Both the position numbers and the translations under genes were made by a program. From Patescibacteria group bacterium (lineage in GTDB: Bacteria; Patescibacteriota; JAHJAL01): 64,000 bases of DNA. Position 1 is the stretch's first letter, and every line of letters starts with the position of its first letter. Shown here piece after piece: positions 41,102 to 48,947 of this stretch. Where the stretch lies: positions 16,934 to 80,933 of the forward strand of contig JBMORM010000009.1 in assembly GCA_049322675.1 (NCBI GenBank), given 5' to 3'. The notes under the pieces were generated by a model that saw nothing but the letters and a program-made list of their open reading frames with translations, had not been told where the DNA came from and did not search any database.

Positions 41102-41839
41102 TTACCATTGCGAAAGCCGACGTGAAATTTTTTCTGCCTCAGTTTCTTTTTCAAAATTACTAAATCGATTATTGGAATAAATTTTTGCCTTAGCTTGTAA
41201 AAAATTTTGGCATATTTTTTGATATGCTAACTTGCGTACAGAAGGAGAAAAAATTTTTTGGGCGTTTTCTGGCAGTAAAACGTGATATATTTCAGATTGA
41301 ATCATTTTTTGCCAGCAGGACTGACAACACCAATAGTGACCGAAGAGATATAATTTAATATTTGAATATTTATTGAGATGGTTTTGCGGTAAGTGATTGC
41401 AGGCATTTACTTCAGCATGACTATCTTGATAACAAATATCTTTGCATAATTTATATCCTGTTCCACTGGCACAGCTTCTTTCAAATCTGGGACAAGGAAT
41501 GACGCATTTTTTCCCTTCATTGGCTCCTTTGCTGATTATTCTTTCTGATCCGTTTTTATCAAACCCAGTAATAACCGCACCGGTGTTCCAATACGAACAA
41601 CCGGATTTTTCCTGAGATATTTTTTTAGCCAATTGAATATATTGATTATCGAGTTTTACGAATTCAATTTTAATTTTTTTATTTATCGATTCAACCTGAT
41701 TCCAATTGGTAAGAAAATTTTTAATATCTTCTGCATTTGGAAAATATGGTATTCCAAAATCTTGAAAATTATTACCGTTGGCAATCTTTTTTTCTCGATT
41801 TTCAATATCGCTTGAATTGTTGTTTAATTTTTTTTTCAA
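41102..41839 (-). CDS. Zn-dependent dCMP deaminase-like protein (proposed 5-methyl-dCMP deaminase)
   Basis: H141-A-E143 plus C172xxC175, GAVI..GAN, Cys-rich insert CPR...GYKLC; TTG start. Confidence 0.8.
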   Translation of the reverse strand: MKKKLNNNSSDIENREKKIANGNNFQDFGIPYFPNAEDIKNFLTNWNQVESINKKIKIEFVKLDNQYIQLAKKISQEKSGCSYWNTGAVITGFDKNGSERIISKGANEGKKCVIPCPRFERSCASGTGYKLCKDICYQDSHAEVNACNHLPQNHLNKYSNIKLYLFGHYWCCQSCWQKMIQSEIYHVLLPENAQKIFSPSVRKLAYQKICQNFLQAKAKIYSNNRFSNFEKETEAEKISRRLSQW

Positions 41840-41845
41840 GTTAAT

Positions 41846-42508
41846 TTAAAAGCAATATTTCTTTTTTAAGACATCTATTTGACCTTTTTTAATTAGATCC
41901 GTCTCGTCCTTTTTGTCAATTTTTGAATTGATCGTTTGGGCACATGAGCCAACATACTTGGCTTTATGTATTCCGTGCAAGGAGGCTTCATTTTTGTTTA
42001 AATGAGAGGATAGTTTTTGAAAAACCACCTGACAAAATCTCTCTCCCGGATAAATACGTATTGGTTGAGTTTCAGTATTGTTGATAATCGGAACCATTAG
42101 GTTTCCCTCATACCAGACATCAATAATACCTGACAAATCGACAGAGAGCCCACGCCGATTGATAGAAGAGCGTGGATATAAAACCGCCATGATATCACCT
42201 TGATTTATTTTAATTTTTTCCAGGGAAACGCCGATAACAAATTCTTTGGGCATCAATTCAAAGAATTGTCCATTTTTCAATTTAACGACTTCGAACAAAT
42301 TACCATTAGAAGAATAATCAAGAGGATCTACTTTGATTATTTCCCGACCGTTTTCGGTTAGATGCCAGGTTTTGGGAAGATAAAAGTGATAGCCAAGTCG
42401 AAGATCAATTGCGTGAGGTTGCATTTGAAATTGGTCCAAATCTGGTGAAAAAATAATTTTTTTACTGTAAATCAGTTCAATGATTTCTTTTTTGGTCAGA
42501 ACACTCAT
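41846..42508 (-). CDS. Dcd/dUTPase trimeric-family protein lacking the deaminase Glu
   Basis: QPHAIDLRLG, PRSSINRRG, GIIDVWYEG, YPGERFCQ; Pro140 aligns with E. coli Dcd Glu138. Confidence 0.8.
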   Translation of the reverse strand: MSVLTKKEIIELIYSKKIIFSPDLDQFQMQPHAIDLRLGYHFYLPKTWHLTENGREIIKVDPLDYSSNGNLFEVVKLKNGQFFELMPKEFVIGVSLEKIKINQGDIMAVLYPRSSINRRGLSVDLSGIIDVWYEGNLMVPIINNTETQPIRIYPGERFCQVVFQKLSSHLNKNEASLHGIHKAKYVGSCAQTINSKIDKKDETDLIKKGQIDVLKKKYCF

Positions 42509-42512
42509 GTTT

Positions 42513-43028
42513 TTATTTAATTATTTGATAATGAATGAGATATGTTTTTTTTGATAGTTTTTTTATCTTGATTATTTTCAAATTGATATCGTTTTTTAAT
42601 TTGGTTGTCAATGACAAACCTTCACCAAAAATGATACCTTCTACAGTTAAATAAATTTCGTCAACCAAATCAGAGTCGAAGAATTGACTATTTGTAAATG
42701 CTCCACCTCCAAGAATGGCAGATTCGTAACCTTTTTGTTCAAGATATTTTGTGACTTGGTATGGTGGCATATTAATAAATTCCAAATGGTCAGTTTTTTG
42801 TTTTGAAATATACTTTTCCGGATTTTGAGTAAGAATTAGATTTAGTCTATTTGGCAAGGGTCTGCCAATGGTGAGAAAAGTAGATTCCCCCATGATTATT
42901 GCTTTATGTTTTTTTGTCAATTGAATAAAATGTCTTTTATCTTCCTTGCTCGTCCAATCGGCTAAATGATTAGAATCTTTTGCAATCTTTCCATCAGCAG
43001 TTTGCGCCAAACATAAAATTATTTTCAT
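42513..43028 (-). CDS. folA: Dihydrofolate reductase
   Basis: W..KEDKRHF, IIMGESTF, RPLPNRLN, GGA, DEIYLT. Confidence 0.9.
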   Translation of the reverse strand: MKIILCLAQTADGKIAKDSNHLADWTSKEDKRHFIQLTKKHKAIIMGESTFLTIGRPLPNRLNLILTQNPEKYISKQKTDHLEFINMPPYQVTKYLEQKGYESAILGGGAFTNSQFFDSDLVDEIYLTVEGIIFGEGLSLTTKLKNDINLKIIKIKKLSKKTYLIHYQIIK

Positions 43029-43032
43029 ACAT

Positions 43033-43881
43033 TTATAATACGATTTTTAAACCTTTAATTGTTTTTTGTGGTCTGTATTGATGAGATAGCTTATCGTAAA
43101 TTTCTTCAACTAGAGAATGATCTTTCTTTTCAGCTCTTTCAAAATAATCAGCCTTAGCTGCAAATTTTATATTTGGATGTCTCGTTTCTCGAGAAATGAT
43201 TTTTTTGGCAGCTTCGTAGTGTATATCGTAAATATGAGCATTTGAAATGGATACTACAAGTTTTCCTGGTTGAATTCCTAATTTCGCGGCAAGAATGTAT
43301 GACAACAGTGAGAATCCTGCTATGTCGTGGGGAGAACCCAAAATCATGTCGTTTGATCGGATAAATAAATGGGTATTTAGTTTATTGTTGATGATATTTA
43401 CGACGAAACAAAAGGGACACGGAACATTCATTTTGCATGTACCAATACAATCCGGTCCGGTAAGGCCATCATCAGAAGGATCCCACATCATTACTACTCC
43501 TTGCCTTGAGTTTGGTTGATGTTTAAGATGAGTAATTAATTGTTTAAGTTGATCCCTACCAAAGTGTGACCGCCAACGGTATCCATAGGCCGCGGCAACA
43601 GTTCCATCTTCTTCAATAAAGTCATCCCATATTTTGGTATGTTCATGCAAAAAATCCGACGGTTTGTTGCTACCACTAATAAACCATATTTGTTCGGCAA
43701 TAAATATTTTTAAAGGAATTTTTCTTAGTGTTAGAATAGGAAAACCATCTTCCAGATTAAATACTAAGTTTTCACCAAATAATGACAATGTTTTATGCCC
43801 TGTTCTTTCATTGGTTTGTTCGATCCCTTCTTGAAGAATTTTTTTTATTAAGTTTTGATAGGGTACGTCAAAGTTAGACAT
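43033..43881 (-). CDS. thyA: Thymidylate synthase homolog with dCMP-type active site (putative dCMP methylase)
   Basis: ERTG, FPILT, YGYRWR, SRQ, PC155P, RSND, PHD186, HIY. Asp replaces the Asn177 equivalent and Pro replaces His147. Confidence 0.85.
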   Translation of the reverse strand: MSNFDVPYQNLIKKILQEGIEQTNERTGHKTLSLFGENLVFNLEDGFPILTLRKIPLKIFIAEQIWFISGSNKPSDFLHEHTKIWDDFIEEDGTVAAAYGYRWRSHFGRDQLKQLITHLKHQPNSRQGVVMMWDPSDDGLTGPDCIGTCKMNVPCPFCFVVNIINNKLNTHLFIRSNDMILGSPHDIAGFSLLSYILAAKLGIQPGKLVVSISNAHIYDIHYEAAKKIISRETRHPNIKFAAKADYFERAEKKDHSLVEEIYDKLSHQYRPQKTIKGLKIVL

Positions 43882-44506
43882 ATTCTTTTGTTAATATTTT
43901 CGATATATCTTGATTAATTCTTTCTATCGATTGCTCTCCATTAATAACGTACAATGTTGAACTTTGGTTGTTTTTTGGATGAATTGATAAAATATCATAG
44001 TAATTTTCTATCATTTTTTGGTAGTTTTCTTCTACCCTTAGAAGTGTATCTTTTTTCTCAAAAAATTCATGATTTTTTCCTGGATCGCGGAAATTAATTC
44101 TTTCCAGACAAATTTCTATAGGTGTATTTAAATAAAAACACAAATCAGGTGCCGGAAAGTATTTATTTATCTGATTGAGCCAGTCAAAATCAAGACCCAT
44201 GGCGGCACCGAAAGCGATGGATGACAGAAAATATCGGTCGGTAATAACAGTTTGATTATTTTTTAGACTTGTTAAAATTTCTTTAATCACGTGTTCTCCC
44301 CTATCGGCGGCGTACATTAGTTGAAATGTGTGATGGTCGATTGTCAGCTTTTCATTTTTTAAATATTCCCTAATCAATCTTCCAATTGGCAAATCACTTG
44401 GCTCTTTGGTATATATCGCATTTAATGATTCAGCCAATAATTTTGCTTGTGTAGTTTTCCCGGATCCGTCTAGCCCTTCAATACAGATGAAATGTGGTTT
44501 TTTCAT
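43874..44506 (-). CDS. tmk: Thymidylate kinase
   Basis: IEGLDGSGKTT, KEP, AADR, TDRY..SS, PDL. Confidence 0.92.
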   Translation of the reverse strand: MKKPHFICIEGLDGSGKTTQAKLLAESLNAIYTKEPSDLPIGRLIREYLKNEKLTIDHHTFQLMYAADRGEHVIKEILTSLKNNQTVITDRYFLSSIAFGAAMGLDFDWLNQINKYFPAPDLCFYLNTPIEICLERINFRDPGKNHEFFEKKDTLLRVEENYQKMIENYYDILSIHPKNNQSSTLYVINGEQSIERINQDISKILTKEYV

Positions 44507-44572
44507 AAAAATTTAGGGTTATGTTTTTAGTATAACCCAAGTCCTAATATTTTCTAAATTTTAAATAGAAGA

Positions 44573-45310
44573 TTAATTTATATATATTTCTTTTCCTTCA
44601 GGTATGTTTATAAAAGGATTTTTTTGAGAAAGATAATCGGAAAATTCCGGTAAATTTTTTGCTCGGAAAAGATCATTTATTATAACTAGAATTTGAAATA
44701 AATATTTTTGACGTTCCTCGAATGTTTTAAGGTAAGTTTGATAATTTGCTTCAAGACAAAATTTGTATTCATCTTCCTTCAATAGATATTGAAAAAAATG
44801 TTCATTGAGGTCATTTTTGTTGTTAAAACTTTTAATATATTTGTTTATAAATTTTTCTTTGTCATACAAATCGCGAAGTTCCGAATGTTGACTGTCGAAA
44901 AAGGCAAATTGCATATTAAAAAATTGACAGGTAAAGTTTAGATTTTCGATTAATTTGTCATATGTATCGACTGACTCTCTACGACTTTCCTGAAGTACAT
45001 ATTCATACACTTCCTTGCCATTTATTATGTTTGTATCATTGTAATAACGATTTTTGAAATATTCATAATAAGTTGGAAAACGATCGATAGGAGTATAGTT
45101 GATATTAAAATTTTTGCATTCTTTTCTTTTTCTGTTAGCACAGATCCATAAACCGTGACCACTACATAAAGAATTTAACACATCCGAATGTAAACCAATT
45201 GGACATAATTGGTCCTTAAGCGTTTCTTGATTATAATAGTTATCGTGTTTCCTATTGTGTTTTACCAATTCACGGTCACTCAAAATATTGGGGTTTTCCA
45301 AACCTTGCAT
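44573..45310 (-). CDS. Hypothetical protein
   Basis: 245-aa AT-rich ORF with a GGAGG SD; N-terminal Cys cluster; no family recognised. Confidence 0.6.
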   Translation of the reverse strand: MQGLENPNILSDRELVKHNRKHDNYYNQETLKDQLCPIGLHSDVLNSLCSGHGLWICANRKRKECKNFNINYTPIDRFPTYYEYFKNRYYNDTNIINGKEVYEYVLQESRRESVDTYDKLIENLNFTCQFFNMQFAFFDSQHSELRDLYDKEKFINKYIKSFNNKNDLNEHFFQYLLKEDEYKFCLEANYQTYLKTFEERQKYLFQILVIINDLFRAKNLPEFSDYLSQKNPFINIPEGKEIYIN

Positions 45311-45394
45311 AATTGCCCTCCTGAATTTTATTACTTAATTTACTTTATCAAATAGAAAAATAATTAAAAGAATATAAATGAAAAAATATACTAA

Positions 45395-45428
45395 CAAAAG
45401 AAAAATGACTCACATGTGGAGTCATTTT
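45395..45428 (-). terminator. Intrinsic terminator after rplA
   Basis: AAAATGACTC-acatgtg-GAGTCATTTT with U-rich tail. Confidence 0.65.
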
Positions 45429-45453
45429 AGAAAGCGTTAAGATTCAAAAAAAA

Positions 45454-46185
45454 TTATTTTACCTCGTCTAAACCAATTTTAATACTTGGACTCATGGTAG
45501 GAGTAATATGAAGAGAAACAAAAAATTGACCTTTCGTTTTGGCCGGTTTAGCTTTTTTTATGCCATCGATTAAGACGAGAAGGTTTTCCTTTAATTTTTC
45601 TGGATCAAAAGATGCCTTTCCGATTGAACAATGGACTATACCATAACTATCTGCCTTAAATTGTTCTTTTCCTTTAGAAAATTCCTCAACTGCTTTAATT
45701 ATATCTGGAGTAACGGTCCCGGCTTTGGGGTTTGGCATTAATCCTTTTGTGCCAAGTATTTTTCCCAATTTTCCTACCTCAGCCATCATGGCCGGATGAG
45801 AAATGGCAATGTCGAAGTCTAACCAACCCTTACTTATTTTTTCAATTAAATCTTTATTACCAGCGTCTATTGCACCGGCTTTTTTGGCATCTTCGGCAAT
45901 CTTATCGTCTGCAAAAACAATTATTTTTTTCTTTTTTCCAGTTCCATGAGGGAAAACGACTGTTCCCCTAACTGCATCTTTGGTGGTGTCAAAATTTAAT
46001 TTAAGATGACAATCTACACTTGCGTCAAATTTGGTGATTACAATATTTTTTATCAATTCACAGGCTTCAGATATACTGTATACTTTATTTTTATCAACTT
46101 TTTTATTGACATCAAAATACTTTTTACCATGAGAAAAATTGCCGTTTTTTTTCTGTTTTTTCTTTTCTTCGTTCTTTTTAACCAT
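45454..46185 (-). CDS. rplA: 50S ribosomal protein uL1
   Basis: KFDASVD, RGTVVFPHGTGK, LGTKGLMPNPKAGTV. Start moved to ATG 46185. Confidence 0.97.
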   Translation of the reverse strand: MVKKNEEKKKQKKNGNFSHGKKYFDVNKKVDKNKVYSISEACELIKNIVITKFDASVDCHLKLNFDTTKDAVRGTVVFPHGTGKKKKIIVFADDKIAEDAKKAGAIDAGNKDLIEKISKGWLDFDIAISHPAMMAEVGKLGKILGTKGLMPNPKAGTVTPDIIKAVEEFSKGKEQFKADSYGIVHCSIGKASFDPEKLKENLLVLIDGIKKAKPAKTKGQFFVSLHITPTMSPSIKIGLDEVK

Positions 46186-46195
46186 AAAATCCTTG

Positions 46196-46224
46196 GTGGT
46201 ATTATCGCCTACACAGGCTCCCAC
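46196..46224 (-). promoter_or_regulatory. L1-binding leader directly upstream of rplA
   Basis: GUGGGAG-CCU-gugu-AGG-CGAUAAUA-CCAC: two helices around an asymmetric purine-rich loop, as in L1 operator sites. Confidence 0.65.
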
Positions 46225-46252
46225 AAATATAATGATATAAGATATTAAAAAA

Positions 46253-46678
46253 TTATTTTTCTACTTCTACTCCCATGGATCTGGCGCTACCAGCAATTAT
46301 TTTTACGGCAGCATCAAGATCGTTTGCTGAAAGATCCGGTTCTTTGATCTTGGCTATTTCTTCCAATTGTTTTCGATTAATCTTGCCAACTTTCTTTTTG
46401 TTTGGCTCTCCTGAACCTCCTTTCAAATTAATTGCTTTTTTGATTAATTCGGTAGCAGGAGAAGTTTTTAGAGTAATGTCAAAAGTACGATCTTCATAGA
46501 TAGTGATAATCACGGGAACGATAGTACCTTTTTGGTTTTTAGTCTTTTCATTGAAAACATTACAAAAACCCATTAGATCAACCCCATGTTGACCTAATGC
46601 CGGACCAACTGGTGGAGACGGATTTGCTGCTCCGCCCATTACTTGTAGTTTTACCTTAGTCTTGATCTTTTTTGCCAT
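46253..46678 (-). CDS. rplK: 50S ribosomal protein uL11
   Basis: [22 protein letters not shown]. Start moved to ATG 46678. Confidence 0.98.
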   Translation of the reverse strand: MAKKIKTKVKLQVMGGAANPSPPVGPALGQHGVDLMGFCNVFNEKTKNQKGTIVPVIITIYEDRTFDITLKTSPATELIKKAINLKGGSGEPNKKKVGKINRKQLEEIAKIKEPDLSANDLDAAVKIIAGSARSMGVEVEK

Positions 46679-46688
46679 AATTGTAAAT

Positions 46689-47312
46689 TTAAATTTTCTT
46701 AATTTGTAAAGCATCTAATTCTACTGGTGTTTCTCTGCCAAACATCGAAACTAAAACTTTAATTTTTCCTTTGACTTTATCTATTTCTGATATTGTACCA
46801 TCGAAATCTTTAAATGGGCCGTCAATTATTTTTACACTTTCACCGACAGCAAAATCAATTTTGTACTCAGGTTCATCAGTTCCGATTCTTTTTTGTATAT
46901 TCTTGTATTCGTCTTCTGAGAGAGGAGTGGGTTTATTTCCAAAGCCAATAAAACCAGTTACTGATGGTGTATTGCGCACCACATACCATGAATCTTCATC
47001 GAGTACCATACATACTAAAACATATCCAGGAAATATTTTCTTTTCAACAATTTTTTTCTTACCATTTTTGATTTCAACCTTTTTTTCTTTGGGAACTATA
47101 ACGTCAAAGATTTTTTCTTTCATGTCCATACTTTCAATTCTTTGCATTAAAGCTTGTTTGACATGATCCTCGTAACCAGAATATGTGTTGATGACATACC
47201 AGTGCTGTTGCTGGTCAGAGACAAATTTGTCATCAAAATCGGTATTTACCGTACCCTGTTTGACAATTTCGTCTGAATCGTCGATTTGATCATTTTTTTG
47301 AGACAAATCCAT
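46689..47312 (-). CDS. nusG: Transcription factor NusG
   Basis: [21 protein letters not shown] motif, FGRETPVEL. Confidence 0.98.
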   Translation of the reverse strand: MDLSQKNDQIDDSDEIVKQGTVNTDFDDKFVSDQQQHWYVINTYSGYEDHVKQALMQRIESMDMKEKIFDVIVPKEKKVEIKNGKKKIVEKKIFPGYVLVCMVLDEDSWYVVRNTPSVTGFIGFGNKPTPLSEDEYKNIQKRIGTDEPEYKIDFAVGESVKIIDGPFKDFDGTISEIDKVKGKIKVLVSMFGRETPVELDALQIKKI

Positions 47313-47315
47313 ATT

Positions 47316-47507
47316 TTATTTAATTAAAAAATTTTTAATGACAAGAGTAAGCAAATAATCAATTGCCCCAATATACAAACCCACTACAACAGTAGCTCCT
47401 ATTACCAATAATGTTGTATTAATAGTTTGCTTGGAACTGGGCCAGCTGATTTTTTTTATTTCTTCTCTAACATCGATAAAAAAACTGGAAATGGGGTTAT
47501 TTTTCAT
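47316..47507 (-). CDS. secE: Preprotein translocase subunit SecE
   Basis: EIKKISWPS plus TM; upstream of nusG. Confidence 0.93.
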   Translation of the reverse strand: MKNNPISSFFIDVREEIKKISWPSSKQTINTTLLVIGATVVVGLYIGAIDYLLTLVIKNFLIK

Positions 47508-47802
47508 ATTTAATAGAGTTAATTTTGAAGAAGGAAATAATATCGCGATGACCGGTTTTTCGACGATAATTGCTTTTTGACTTAAATTTGTAAACGTAAA
47601 TTTTTGGACTTTTTCCGTGTTTTACAAAATCTGCTTTTATTTTTGCATCTGACAAAACCGGAGTTCCAAAAATAATTTTTTCTTGATCTAAAACTGCCAA
47701 GATTTCAGGTTTGAATTCTTCATCTTTGGTGAGACTAACTTGAATAGTGTCTCCTTCATTGATTAATTGTTGCTTGCCACTATGTCTGATAATTGCTTGC
47801 AT
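47497..47802 (-). CDS. rplU: 50S ribosomal protein bL21
   Basis: AII..SGKQ, GTP, KFKSKSNYRRKTGHR. Confidence 0.93.
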   Translation of the reverse strand: MQAIIRHSGKQQLINEGDTIQVSLTKDEEFKPEILAVLDQEKIIFGTPVLSDAKIKADFVKHGKSPKIYVYKFKSKSNYRRKTGHRDIISFFKINSIKYEK

Positions 47803-47885
47803 AAAAAGTATTTAAGAATAAAAAAATATAGCGTTGCTATATTATACGATATCATATCTTGATAAACAAAGGCAACACAAAGCTG

Positions 47886-48572
47886 TTACACTTCTCTTTC
47901 GGCAAAATCAAGCAATCTAGCGTTGTTTTCGATTTTCTGATATATTGCGAAAGGAACTCGCGATATTCTTATGGTTGATAAGCCAAGTTTACGAGCTTTT
48001 ATTTCTTCCACTTTATCAATATTTTTGCCATATTTTAAAATATCAAATAAAGATAAATTTTGATTCCTGAGTGGAGATTGGTGATTGTTTATTATTAAAC
48101 CACCGATAAGCAATTTATTCAGGGCATCTGGTTTGAATAGAGTGTGGTCAAGTTTGCTATTAAATTCAACAATATAACCTAGGGGTAATATTATTTCATA
48201 CTCCTGGTATGTTTTTGCCACTAGATCCACATGCACTTTTTCAGGACCACGACCGAAATCGAAACAAAAACTTATGCGAGTGTGCCAAGAAGAAATTCGG
48301 TTTATTTCCGGTTGTCCACTGTCGTAGGTAATAACTTTCTGCAGTATTTTTCCAATGTTCTCTTCATTAGAAAAACAGGGATCAAGCATTATTATTTTCT
48401 TTGCTTGAAGAATAAGAGGAAATTCCAAATCCAAATTTGATCCTATGTATAAGAGGGGGTAATGACTAATACTGCATTTGTCTATCAATGGAAGAAGAGT
48501 AATACCGGTTTTAATCTTGTGAAAAGTAGAGAGTTGCCTTATTTGTTTGAGACTAATATTCATTGTTTGCAT
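47886..48572 (-). CDS. Hypothetical protein, possibly Rossmann/methyltransferase-like
   Basis: LLYIGSNLD...IIMLDP resembles class I MTase motifs I/II (weak). Confidence 0.5.
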   Translation of the reverse strand: MQTMNISLKQIRQLSTFHKIKTGITLLPLIDKCSISHYPLLYIGSNLDLEFPLILQAKKIIMLDPCFSNEENIGKILQKVITYDSGQPEINRISSWHTRISFCFDFGRGPEKVHVDLVAKTYQEYEIILPLGYIVEFNSKLDHTLFKPDALNKLLIGGLIINNHQSPLRNQNLSLFDILKYGKNIDKVEEIKARKLGLSTIRISRVPFAIYQKIENNARLLDFAEREV

Positions 48573-48757
48573 TAATTTTTTGCAGGTAATGTGGTATCAA
48601 AATTTTCTAACAATTGCATAAGTGATTTTTTAGGAAAACGATTTGCTTCCGCGAGTAGTTCTTGCAATTCTGTCGGGCTAACTATATTGGTTGGTTTATC
48701 AAGAGTGTAATTCTTTTTGGCTGATAAATTGAGTGAATTTCTTTCAATTGTTTCCAT
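48572..48757 (-). CDS. Small hypothetical protein
   Basis: 61-aa ORF coupled by a TAATG overlap to the next gene. Confidence 0.5.
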   Translation of the reverse strand: METIERNSLNLSAKKNYTLDKPTNIVSPTELQELLAEANRFPKKSLMQLLENFDTTLPAKN

Positions 48758-48947
48758 GATTTTTATGTTTTTGATAGGATATTACGTTATCACAAATAAA
48801 ATATTTGGTCAAGGTTTTGATGGTAATGGAGGTAAAAAATATAATAAATTAGGTGTTAGCCTAATTTATTAGTAAAAAAAATTAAAGATTAAAATTTGAT
48901 TAAAAGTGTAAAAGTGCCAAGAGTTAAATTTACATAATTATTTAATT

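Noticed and set aside
41102-42508. Anti-phage dCTP-depleting deaminase system
   Set aside because: No kinase-deaminase fusion, and the genes sit in an operon with tmk, thyA-like and folA, which points to biosynthesis.
43033-43881. Prophage-borne dCMP hydroxymethylase
   Set aside because: No phage genes are nearby, the protein has a full ThyA-like C-terminus, and the adjacent DHFR favours reductive methylation. Not formally excluded.
47821-47843. Hairpin upstream of rplU as an L21 leader
   Set aside because: It overlaps a predicted -10 (TATAAT) and so may not be fully transcribed; it could be the terminator of the upstream gene.
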